Part shown: positions 9,391-17,901 of the stretch, one piece after another
Layout: every line of letters starts with the position of its first letter
Position numbering within the stretch: the stretch's first letter is position 1
NCBI GenBank assembly: GCA_032128375.1
Contig: JAQBGU010000144.1
Coordinates: 1-22,173, forward strand
DNA: 22,173 bases
Direction of reading: 5' to 3'
Source: Deltaproteobacteria bacterium
GTDB taxonomy: Bacteria > Myxococcota_A > UBA9160 > SMWR01
Position numbers and translations under genes: made by a program
Notes under the pieces: generated by a model
The model's database searches: none
What the model was told of the DNA's origin: nothing
Seen by the model: the letters and a program-made list of their open reading frames with translations, nothing else

Positions 9391-9920
9391 AACGCGTCGT
9401 CGTAATAATGTCGCTGGGGATGCTTGCGCCGATGATCCAGGGCGTTGCGGGTAGTTTTGTTCCGTCGCGATTCTGTCCAGACTTGAGCATGCTATGGGTC
9501 GTCGGTCTCGGGCTGTATTGGCGCAGCACAGGTGGCGGCGCGGTAATTTCGACCGTCCTGGGTTTCATCGTCGATCTGTTGTCCGGCTCGCTTTTCGGTC
9601 AACACGCGCTGCTTCGCCTGGCCGCCTTTGGCGCGGCGCGTGTCTCCAGCCGGCAGCTGAATCTGCGCGGGACGCTCCCGCTCATGACGTTCGTGGCGGT
9701 GTTCTCGGTGGCCAATGCAATCGGTAGCTCGCTTCTGACCATATTTTTCGCGTCGGGTCACGCGGTCGATATGACGATCGTGATGCACTTGATCCCCCAC
9801 ACGATCGTCAATGCGATATTCGCAGTGCCCGTGATTCGGCTGGTCGGAGGCATCTCGAGCTGGCTCGACGACTCGGCGCGTCAGCTCTTGATCCTGCAAC
9901 CGCGTAACGGGTCGGGCTGA
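9387..9920 (+). CDS. mreD: Rod shape-determining protein MreD
   Basis: Polytopic membrane protein with PDL and GFIVDLLSGSLFG motifs, located between mreC and mrdA. Confidence 0.92.
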   Translation: MKRVVVIMSLGMLAPMIQGVAGSFVPSRFCPDLSMLWVVGLGLYWRSTGGGAVISTVLGFIVDLLSGSLFGQHALLRLAAFGAARVSSRQLNLRGTLPLMTFVAVFSVANAIGSSLLTIFFASGHAVDMTIVMHLIPHTIVNAIFAVPVIRLVGGISSWLDDSARQLLILQPRNGSG

Positions 9921-11839
9921 TGGCGAACGAATCGGGCGGGGATCGACTGGGTGCGGGCGTCGATGCATCATTTGCCGATCGAGTCCCGATTGTCGCGGCG
10001 TTCATTATTGCGGTGTTCGCGATCTTTCTGGTTCGTCTGTTTCAACTTCAGGTTGTCGAGGGCGAAGCGCTCGGGAACAGGGCTCGTCGCAACTCGGTTC
10101 GGACTGTTCGTCTCGAGGTGTCACGGGGCAACATCGTCGACCGGTTGGGCCGCGAACTCGCAACGACGCGGCCTGCATACGGCGTCGGCGTGATGCCAGC
10201 CGGATTGACGCGACCCGAGCAGACCTTCGCAGCGTTGAGCGACCTCTTGGAGATCGAACCCGCGGAATTCGAAGAGCGCGTCGGGAAGCCCCGCGGTCGC
10301 GCGCTCTTCCAACCGGTACGACTTGCGAATGATCTGCCTTACGACTCACGTACCCGGGTGGAGTCGCATCTGTTCGCGCTCCCTGGCGTGTTTGCCGATG
10401 TCAGCCCGCGCCGCTTCTACGTCGGCGGAGACCTCGCCGCGCATCTGCTCGGCTACATCGGAGAAATCCAACTGAAGCAACTCGAGCGTCGAGCTTTTGC
10501 TGGGTATCGGCCAGGGGAAGTCATCGGCCAGTCCGGTATCGAAAGTCGATTCCAATCCGCATTGCGGGGAAGGGCGGGGGGGCGCAATGTGGTCGTCGAT
10601 GTGTCGGGTCGTGTCGACGAGATCCTCGACGAGGTAGAACCGACTCCGGGTGGGACGGTGATGTTGACGATCGATCGCGATCTGCAGCAAGTGGCCGAGG
10701 ATGCGTTCATGCCCGATGTGCTGGGTGAGCCGCCCAAGCGCGGCGCCGTAGTCGTGATGGACGTGCGCAATGGAGATGTCCTCGCGCTGGTCTCGCGTCC
10801 CGCCTTCGACCCCAATTCTTTCGCCGGTGGTATCGACGCCGCAACATGGAAGGAGCTGACCGAAGCCGAGGACCAACCGCTGCACGACCGCGCTTTGTCC
10901 GGCCAGTATCCGCCCGGTTCGACCTACAAGGTCTTTCTCGCCGCAGCGGGGCTGGAAGAAGGCATCATAGATCCCGACGCGACGGTCTATTGCCCGGGTT
11001 CGTTCAAGCTCGGCCGGCGAACCTATCGCTGCTGGAAACAGGGCGGCCATGGGGCGGTCAACCTGCACGCTGCGTTGGTGAGATCGTGTGATGTGTATTT
11101 CTACCAGCTCGGCCTGAAGCTCGGAATCGACCGAATGGCTTTTTTTGCGAACGGGTTCAACCTGGGCCGCAAGACTGGGATCGAGGTGGGTAACGAAGCA
11201 ACCGGTCTGATCCCGACCCGCGACTGGAAGGAGCGGCGCTTCTCTGAAGTCTGGATGCAGGGCGAGACTGTGTCGGCTTCGATCGGGCAGGGTTTCAACT
11301 TGACCACTCCGATCCAACTCGCCGTTGCGTACGCCGCGATCGCCAACGGCGGAAAGCTGCTTCGGCCACGCATCTGGTTGCGAATCGACGCTCGCGATGG
11401 TGTTACGACCGAAGGGCCAGCACCGGAAGTGTTCGCCACAGTGCCGGTCTCGAAAGAACACCTCGCGACCGTAGTCAGGGGACTGGTGGGTGTGGTGAAT
11501 GAAGCGGGTGGAACGGGCGGTGCGGCTCGATTGCCCGGGATCCGGGTTGCAGGAAAGACCGGGACTGCGCAGGTCGTGAGTCTCAAGCAGACCGAGAACC
11601 TCGAAGATCACGAGATTCCCATCAAGTATCGAGACCACGGTTGGTTCGCCGCTTTTGCACCCGCGGACGCGCCCGAGCTGGTGGTCGTCGCACTCGCCGA
11701 ACACGGGGGCCACGGGGGCAGCGCGGCTGGCCCCATCGTGAAGGCCGTGCTCTCACACTATTTCGAAGCCCAGCGCGTGGAGGAGCCGCCGGAACCGCCA
11801 GAGCTCGGAGAGCAGGGAGAAAGCCTTGTTCGGAATTGA
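9920..11839 (+). CDS. mrdA: Penicillin-binding protein 2 (class B transpeptidase)
   Basis: RLFQLQV, RGNIVDR, SxxK (PGSTYK), SxD (RSCDVYFY) and KTG (AGKTGTAQ). Confidence 0.98.
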   Translation: MANESGGDRLGAGVDASFADRVPIVAAFIIAVFAIFLVRLFQLQVVEGEALGNRARRNSVRTVRLEVSRGNIVDRLGRELATTRPAYGVGVMPAGLTRPEQTFAALSDLLEIEPAEFEERVGKPRGRALFQPVRLANDLPYDSRTRVESHLFALPGVFADVSPRRFYVGGDLAAHLLGYIGEIQLKQLERRAFAGYRPGEVIGQSGIESRFQSALRGRAGGRNVVVDVSGRVDEILDEVEPTPGGTVMLTIDRDLQQVAEDAFMPDVLGEPPKRGAVVVMDVRNGDVLALVSRPAFDPNSFAGGIDAATWKELTEAEDQPLHDRALSGQYPPGSTYKVFLAAAGLEEGIIDPDATVYCPGSFKLGRRTYRCWKQGGHGAVNLHAALVRSCDVYFYQLGLKLGIDRMAFFANGFNLGRKTGIEVGNEATGLIPTRDWKERRFSEVWMQGETVSASIGQGFNLTTPIQLAVAYAAIANGGKLLRPRIWLRIDARDGVTTEGPAPEVFATVPVSKEHLATVVRGLVGVVNEAGGTGGAARLPGIRVAGKTGTAQVVSLKQTENLEDHEIPIKYRDHGWFAAFAPADAPELVVVALAEHGGHGGSAAGPIVKAVLSHYFEAQRVEEPPEPPELGEQGESLVRN

Positions 11840-12923
11840 TCGCCGCCTGGTACAGAACTTCGACTGGGCGCTGTTGCTACTGGTCGCGTCGATTGTCGCG
11901 ATCGGGATCTTCAACCTCGCATCCGCGACCCACGTCGACGACGAACTGACGGGAGAGCTTCGCCGCCAGCTGGTCTCGCTCAGCCTCGGCGGAGTCGCGC
12001 TGTTAGTCGCTGTGGCGGTTGATTATCGACATTTCGAACGGCTCGCACTTCCCGCCTTTGGAGTCTGTGTGGCGTTGCTGGCAGCCACGTTGGTGTTCGC
12101 ACCGGTCACCCGCGGGAGCCAGAGCTGGCTCTTTGGCGGACGACTGCAGCCGTCAGAACTCGCGAAACTCGGCCTGATTCTCGCGCTCGCGCGGTACTTT
12201 TGTCGCAACCCTCCCGGTGAGATCCGCCGCCTGAGAGACCTGATGCGTCCATGCATGATCGCGGCCGTGCCGGTGGGGTTGATCGTCGCCCAGCGCGACA
12301 TGGGGGTAGCGCTGTTGACGCTGCTGATCGGGGCGACCTATATCTCGATGGTTCGCATCCCGTGGCGCGCCTGGCTGGGTGTTGCGGCCGTCGCGATCGC
12401 GGCTCTGATTACGCTGTGGATGTTCGTATTGGCACCGTATCAACAGCGCCGCATCCTCGATGTCGTCGATCCGGGCCGCGACCCACTCGCCTCCGGCTAC
12501 CAGGCCATGCAATCCCGAATCGCGATCGGCTCGGGCGGGCTGTTGGGTGCCGGATACCGCGCTGGCACCCAGACTCAACTGCGTTTCCTCCCGACCCAGC
12601 ACACCGATTTTGCGTTCTCGGTTCTTGCGGAAGAATGGGGCTTCGTCGGCAGTATCGCGGTCTTGACTTTGTACATGACGTTGATGCTGTGGGGACTGCG
12701 CATTGCCCGGAGTTCAAAAGATGGCTTCGGAGCCATGCTGGCGTTGGGGATCGTCGGGACCTTGTTCTGGCCGGTGGTACTGAACATCGGGATGGTGCTT
12801 GGGATCGCGCCCGTCATCGGCGTCCCACTCCCGCTGTTTTCTTACGGGGGCTCCGCGTTGGTCTCTTCGCTTCTGGGGCTGGGCTTGCTGATGAATATCT
12901 CGATGAGGCGGTATGTGTTCTAG
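11826..12923 (+). CDS. rodA: SEDS peptidoglycan glycosyltransferase RodA
   Basis: LQPSELAK, SRIAIGSGG, FLPTQHTDFAFS..AEEWG and GVPLPLFSYGGS. Overlaps the end of mrdA. Confidence 0.98.
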   Translation: MFGIDRRLVQNFDWALLLLVASIVAIGIFNLASATHVDDELTGELRRQLVSLSLGGVALLVAVAVDYRHFERLALPAFGVCVALLAATLVFAPVTRGSQSWLFGGRLQPSELAKLGLILALARYFCRNPPGEIRRLRDLMRPCMIAAVPVGLIVAQRDMGVALLTLLIGATYISMVRIPWRAWLGVAAVAIAALITLWMFVLAPYQQRRILDVVDPGRDPLASGYQAMQSRIAIGSGGLLGAGYRAGTQTQLRFLPTQHTDFAFSVLAEEWGFVGSIAVLTLYMTLMLWGLRIARSSKDGFGAMLALGIVGTLFWPVVLNIGMVLGIAPVIGVPLPLFSYGGSALVSSLLGLGLLMNISMRRYVF

Positions 12924-12924
12924 G

Positions 12925-12943
12925 CCGACCCAAGCTGGGTCGG
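12925..12943 (+). terminator. Perfect 8-bp hairpin right after the rodA stop (possible terminator or mRNA stabiliser)
   Basis: CCGACCCA-AGC-TGGGTCGG. There is no U-tract, so it is not a canonical intrinsic terminator. Confidence 0.35.
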
Positions 12944-13094
12944 GCGACGACGTGGATGCTTTCGCTGCGCAGCGGCGAATGCGCGACTAGCTCGAAAGAG
13001 GATAGCGTCTCTTTCGAGTAGGCCGCACGAGTGGTCGTCGCGAGGCTTCGAGGATTTCAGCCGCAATTTTTCAGCACGATGGTACGCTGACGCC

Positions 13095-13799
13095 ATGGCG
13101 CTCCCGGAAATCCACAGAGACCGACCCCAGATCGGCGCGTTCTTCGACATGGACAAGACCATCATCGCCGAGAACTCTGCGAGTCTGTTCATGCGACATC
13201 GGTACCAGCAAGGCGAGATCGGGAACATGGACTTGCTCAAGGGGCTCGGCGCCTATCTGCAGTACAAGCTCGGGATTCTCGATATTCGCAGTTGGACGGT
13301 CGGCATGATGGAGCAGTTTTCCGGCCAATCGGAGCAGGAACTCGAGCGGGATGCGCTCACATGGGTAGAGGATATGGTCGTCGATACGATTTATCCCGAA
13401 GCGGCATCCCTCATCAGCGAACACAAAGCACAGGGCCATGTGGTCGCCATCGTCTCCGGAGCCACGCGCTTCGTCGTCAAGCCCATTGCCAACCACGTCG
13501 GCGTCGAGCACATCCTGTACACGAAACTCGAAGTCGAAAACGGGGCGTTCACTGGCCGCGTGATCGAGCCCATCTGTTTCGAAGAGGGGAAAATTTACTG
13601 GCTTCAGCAGTTCATCGAAGAGCACCGCATCGATCTGGCGATGAGCTACTTCTACACCGATTCGATCACAGACTTGCCGCTGCTCGATATCGTCGGACAC
13701 CCGGTCGCCACGAATCCAGACCCCATGCTCTACCGCACGGCTGTCAAGCGGCGTTGGCCGGTGCGATTCTTCGAGCCTCCGAACACATCCGGGATGTAA
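13095..13799 (+). CDS. HAD-superfamily subfamily IB (SerB-like) hydrolase
   Basis: Motif I FFDMDKT, motif II VSGA, motif III Lys (EGKI) and motif IV YTDSITDLPLL..VGHPVATNPD. Confidence 0.93.
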   Translation: MALPEIHRDRPQIGAFFDMDKTIIAENSASLFMRHRYQQGEIGNMDLLKGLGAYLQYKLGILDIRSWTVGMMEQFSGQSEQELERDALTWVEDMVVDTIYPEAASLISEHKAQGHVVAIVSGATRFVVKPIANHVGVEHILYTKLEVENGAFTGRVIEPICFEEGKIYWLQQFIEEHRIDLAMSYFYTDSITDLPLLDIVGHPVATNPDPMLYRTAVKRRWPVRFFEPPNTSGM

Positions 13800-13847
13800 G
13801 CGATGGAAGCCAGGGCAGCTGATGGATCTCTCTCGCACGTCGATGGG

Positions 13848-15170
13848 TCAGCCGACCAGCAGGACCTCGCGCTCGTAGGAGCCGACGTCGTCGTAGTATC
13901 GCAATGGCTCGCCACGGGCCGCTTCCCGATTCGGGAGTGGTTCGGCCGCGGTCCGCGAGAACAACTCGGCTAGGATCGAACGCAAGTTCTCCGATTCATC
14001 GCCGCTGCGAAGTGACGCGGAGAAACGATCGCCGCGTAGCCGCACCACCCGCAGCGCGTCGCCGTCGCAGGAGTGCCAGTTCAGGGCGAGATCGATCAGC
14101 ACCACTGGATCCTTTGCGAGGCCGGCGATCATGGCGACGCCAACGGCCTGGACCTTCGCGTAGTCGAGCCGGGCATTGCGGCCATCGTGCATCTGCAGAC
14201 GCACGGCGTCCTCGGTCAGCGACTGGGACACGGCTTCCGTCGCTTTCAAGCGCGAGAATCGAATCGACGGCACGAACGATTCGACCGTCTGCTCTTCCGC
14301 CCGCTCCGCCAGGTTCGCGTCGAATGTTGTTGCGTCTGGCTCCGCGCGGGGGCGCTGGGCCTGGATCGTCGCGGACACTGCACGAACGGGATCGGGTGCA
14401 GTCGGGCTCGAAGCGGGAGACGGCCGCACTGAATCGCTCGCCATATTTTGCTCGAGTTCGGTAACCCAGCCTTCGAGTCGGGCGCGTTTTGCAGCTGCGA
14501 GGTCGGGAGACTGCAGCACCCACTGCGCGGCGAGCAGTGCGGTGGGCGGATCGAGTTCGCGGGCCTGTTCCACGATGCGCGTCGCGAGTCCGGTCGTGAG
14601 TCCCGGCGTCTGGGGTTCGAGTGCGGCGCGCAACGCGTGAACGGCACGATCCGATCGGCGCTCCCGCAATGCACTGGCGATCCGAATCAGTGTCCCCGCA
14701 TCGGCGCGAGCGTCGACTACGACGTCCATCAGGTCACACCAGAGATTGGCTGCCTCGTCGAAATTTCCCGCGGCGGCCAGTCGCCGGATCACACGCATCA
14801 GCGGCGCGGAGGCTTCGGGTCCCCGTTCCAATACCACGCAGGTGCGCCAGAAAGCGACCGCCAGCTGCTCATCCGACGGCTTCGCCCGCAGCTCCTTGTC
14901 GAGCAACCGGTGGGCCATGGCCGGATTGCCGCGGGCATGCGCAGCCTCGGCTTTCTTGAGCACACGCCGGGTTTTCAGTGCCGCGCTCAAGCGCTCGCCG
15001 GCCTCGCTCTCCTTCACCCGCTGGGCGGCCGAGCCGAGTGCGCGGCCCGCCCGCTCGCGCGTTTGGCGCAGGCGTCGGAGCGTCGCCGACCCCGCGCTGC
15101 GCAGCACGCCTCGAGATCGTTCGCGGAACCCGCTTTGTCCGGATCGGCTCTCGCTGTTCTCGTCGTTCAA
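13848..15170 (-). CDS. Hypothetical protein: basic N-terminus, helical-repeat-like middle, Pro/Ala linker, alpha/beta C-terminal domain
   Basis: Long ORF filling the space between the HAD gene and the TPR operon. GGGAGG sits 9 nt before TTG 15170, whereas the ORF track starts at 15335. Confidence 0.75.
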   Translation of the reverse strand: MNDENSESRSGQSGFRERSRGVLRSAGSATLRRLRQTRERAGRALGSAAQRVKESEAGERLSAALKTRRVLKKAEAAHARGNPAMAHRLLDKELRAKPSDEQLAVAFWRTCVVLERGPEASAPLMRVIRRLAAAGNFDEAANLWCDLMDVVVDARADAGTLIRIASALRERRSDRAVHALRAALEPQTPGLTTGLATRIVEQARELDPPTALLAAQWVLQSPDLAAAKRARLEGWVTELEQNMASDSVRPSPASSPTAPDPVRAVSATIQAQRPRAEPDATTFDANLAERAEEQTVESFVPSIRFSRLKATEAVSQSLTEDAVRLQMHDGRNARLDYAKVQAVGVAMIAGLAKDPVVLIDLALNWHSCDGDALRVVRLRGDRFSASLRSGDESENLRSILAELFSRTAAEPLPNREAARGEPLRYYDDVGSYEREVLLVG

Positions 15171-15393
15171 AGGACTGACCCTCCCGGCTTGACTAGCATG
15201 CGCAAAGGCTGCGCTTGGAGCAGACTCTTTCGAGTGTCGTCGGCCGAACGGAGCTTCGGCTTGACGATCGTGAACGATCGTTCGACAGGCGATTTTTTGA
15301 GCTGCCGGATGCCTGCCGTGTCCGGGGTCACACATGCGATGAGTCGGCGGGTCGAATGAATTGCTGGTGATGCAATCCAGGAGGTCTGCACCT

Positions 15394-16014
15394 GTGAATG
15401 GCGATGAGACAGATCAGGCTGGCTGCCCGCTGGCGTGGGCCGGCTGCGCGCGACGCGCGCGGCGACGCGCGTCTGCGATGTTATTCGATCGCCTGATGGC
15501 GTGGACGCTCGCGTTCTCCCTGCTGAGCGGGATGGCTGGTTCTGCGAGCTTCGCCGACGAGGTTTCCAGGGAGCAGATGCAGGGCCTGGATGAGCAGGTC
15601 CAGGAGGTCAAATCGGACGTGCTCGGGATTGCGGCCGAGCTCAGCCTGCTCGAGGAGCGATTGCTCTATCCGTCCGATACACAGGTCGGCGTGTTCGTCT
15701 CGCTCGCTGAAGGCGACAACTTCCGGCTCGACTCCGTACAGATCCGGATCGACGGCGAGGCCGTTGCGCACCACATCTACAGCTTCAAGGAGCTGGAGGC
15801 GCTCAGGAAGGGAGGCGTGCAGCGGATCTACACCGGTAACGTGGTCACCGGCGAGCATCGGCTCGAGGTATCGGTTGCCGGCAAGCTGGCAGGCGGTGCG
15901 GACTTCAGCGAGAGCCAGGCCTTCGGCTTCCGCAAGGAAGTCGAGCCGAAGCTCGTCGGGATCACGCTCAGTGGTCAGGATGGCGATGGCCGCATCCAGT
16001 TGGACGGCTGGTAG
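15394..16014 (+). CDS. Predicted secreted coiled-coil/beta-domain protein, first gene of the TPR-MotA/TolQ operon
   Basis: AGGAGG lies 9 nt before the in-frame GTG 15394 (ATG 15478 and 15496 are alternatives). The signal peptide ends ASFA-DE, then LDEQVQEVKSDVL..LEERLLYP..HIYSFKELEALRKGGVQRIY. Confidence 0.85.
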   Translation: MNGDETDQAGCPLAWAGCARRARRRASAMLFDRLMAWTLAFSLLSGMAGSASFADEVSREQMQGLDEQVQEVKSDVLGIAAELSLLEERLLYPSDTQVGVFVSLAEGDNFRLDSVQIRIDGEAVAHHIYSFKELEALRKGGVQRIYTGNVVTGEHRLEVSVAGKLAGGADFSESQAFGFRKEVEPKLVGITLSGQDGDGRIQLDGW

Positions 16015-16016
16015 GT

Positions 16017-17888
16017 ATGTCGGGCTTTGCCAAAAGACAGATCGGATTTGCCGTGGCGGCTCTGTGTGCGGCCGGGGCAGCAGAAGGCGTGGAGCTGAAA
16101 GATCTCTATTTCGGCGAAACCCTCTACCACGCTTACCAGGAGCACTACTTCGACGCGCTCGAGCGTCTCGATACCGAGATCGCTCAACACTACGGCGTCG
16201 ACGAGCCCGAACGGGACGCGCTTCAGCATCACATCGATCAAGCGGAATTCTCGGTCGGCGACTTTGAGCTCCGCTATCGGATGCACCACCGAGCGGGTCG
16301 AGCCATCCAGGCGGTCTTGGACGGCGACGTCGAGGAGCCGGTGCGCAACGACGCTGCGTTCCGTCTGGCGCGCATTCACTTCCAGAAGGACCAGCCCGAC
16401 GCGGCTCTGCACGCGCTCGAACGGATCAGCGGCCGAATCCCCGAAGAAATTCAAGACGACGTCGAGTTCCTTCGCGCGAATATCTACATGGCGACCGGCC
16501 GAGCGCCGGACGCCGTCGACGTACTCAGACGCCTGCAGCCATCGGGAGCCCTGAAGGGCTTTGCGGCCCATAACCTCGGCATCGCGCTGTTGCGCGATGG
16601 CCGACAGCAGGAAGCCATCCAGCAGCTGGACCGCTCGGGACAGCGCAAGGGCGGCGACCGCGCAGCCCGCGCAATTCGGGACAAGTCGAATCTGCTGCTC
16701 GGAACGTTGTTGTTCGAGTCATCAGAGTTCGGGCCGGCACAACAGGCGCTGGACCGTGTGCGCCTGGAGGGACCGTTCTCCAACCAGGCGCTGCTTCGCG
16801 CGGGTTGGGCCGACGTGCTGGCGGAAAAATTCGATCGGGCGGTCGTTCCCTGGAGCATTCTGACGGCGCGCGATTCGACCGACGCCGCGGTCCAGGAGGC
16901 GATCTTGGCGCTGCCTTACGCGTACGGCGTGCTGAACGTGCACGGGCGTGCCGCATTGTTGTATGGCAGGGCCGTCGAGGTTTTCGGTAGCGAACTCGGC
17001 AAGCTGGACGCCTCCATCCGTAGCATTCGGGACGGTGTGTTCCTCGAGTCGCTGGTACGAGAGGAGATCCGACAGGACAAGGACTGGGTCATTCGGCTGC
17101 GAAGCCTGCCCGATGCACCAGAGACCTTCTACCTGATGGCCTTGATGGCCACCCACGATTTCCAGACGTCGCTGCAGAACTACCTCGACCTGGAAGACAT
17201 GCGCAGAAAACTGATTGCGTGGCATCGAAGCCTAGACGCCTTCGACGACATCATCTCGTTGCGCCGCCGGTACTACGAACCCCTGCTGCCCGAGATCGAC
17301 GCTCAGTTCAGGACGTTGGATGCGCAGATTCGCCTGCGTGTCGAACAGCGCAAGCATCTAGAGGCGCGCCTCGAGCAGTTGCTGATCTCCCCGAGACCGG
17401 AGCTGCTGGCGACCGCGGACGAGAGACTGTCGGGTGCGCGGATCGACGCATTGGAGGCGGCGCTGTCGCATGCTGCCGATCCCGAACCGGACGCGCTGCA
17501 GTTTCGCATCCGACGCTTGAAGGGTGTTCTGGCCTGGATCCTCGACACCGAATACCAGCAGCGCCTGACCGACGCCCACGAACACCTGCAGGAGCTGAAC
17601 GAACACGTGGATGCGATGACTGCGCAGTACGACGCGTTCGTGCGTACGCGACAAGCCGCAACACACAGCTACGACGGGTACGAGGCTCCGATCGGCGTCC
17701 TGCGCATGCGCGTCGCTGGTGCCCTGGTGCGCTTGAACGTTCTGATGGCGCGGCAGGGTCACGTGCTCGAGACCGTCGCCGTCCAGGAACTGCTGGTGCG
17801 CCGGGAGCGATTGGAGAACTACCAGAATCAGGCCCGTTTCGCGCTTGCAGACAGCTACGACCGCGCCGCCCAGGCGCAGGTTCAGTGA
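16017..17888 (+). CDS. Secreted TPR/coiled-coil protein (GltC-like position and architecture)
   Basis: Signal peptide (AVAALCAAGAAEG), several TPR-like helices, and a long C-terminal coiled coil ending QARFALADSYDRA. Confidence 0.85.
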   Translation: MSGFAKRQIGFAVAALCAAGAAEGVELKDLYFGETLYHAYQEHYFDALERLDTEIAQHYGVDEPERDALQHHIDQAEFSVGDFELRYRMHHRAGRAIQAVLDGDVEEPVRNDAAFRLARIHFQKDQPDAALHALERISGRIPEEIQDDVEFLRANIYMATGRAPDAVDVLRRLQPSGALKGFAAHNLGIALLRDGRQQEAIQQLDRSGQRKGGDRAARAIRDKSNLLLGTLLFESSEFGPAQQALDRVRLEGPFSNQALLRAGWADVLAEKFDRAVVPWSILTARDSTDAAVQEAILALPYAYGVLNVHGRAALLYGRAVEVFGSELGKLDASIRSIRDGVFLESLVREEIRQDKDWVIRLRSLPDAPETFYLMALMATHDFQTSLQNYLDLEDMRRKLIAWHRSLDAFDDIISLRRRYYEPLLPEIDAQFRTLDAQIRLRVEQRKHLEARLEQLLISPRPELLATADERLSGARIDALEAALSHAADPEPDALQFRIRRLKGVLAWILDTEYQQRLTDAHEHLQELNEHVDAMTAQYDAFVRTRQAATHSYDGYEAPIGVLRMRVAGALVRLNVLMARQGHVLETVAVQELLVRRERLENYQNQARFALADSYDRAAQAQVQ

Positions 17889-17901
17889 CGATCGGAAAAA
17901 G

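Noticed and set aside
10346..11713. 455-aa minus-strand ORF
   Set aside because: Antisense shadow of mrdA.
14448..15359. 303-aa plus-strand ORF as an alternative to the minus-strand hypothetical gene
   Set aside because: The minus-strand frame is longer, has a good RBS and a protein-like composition, so this is its antisense shadow.
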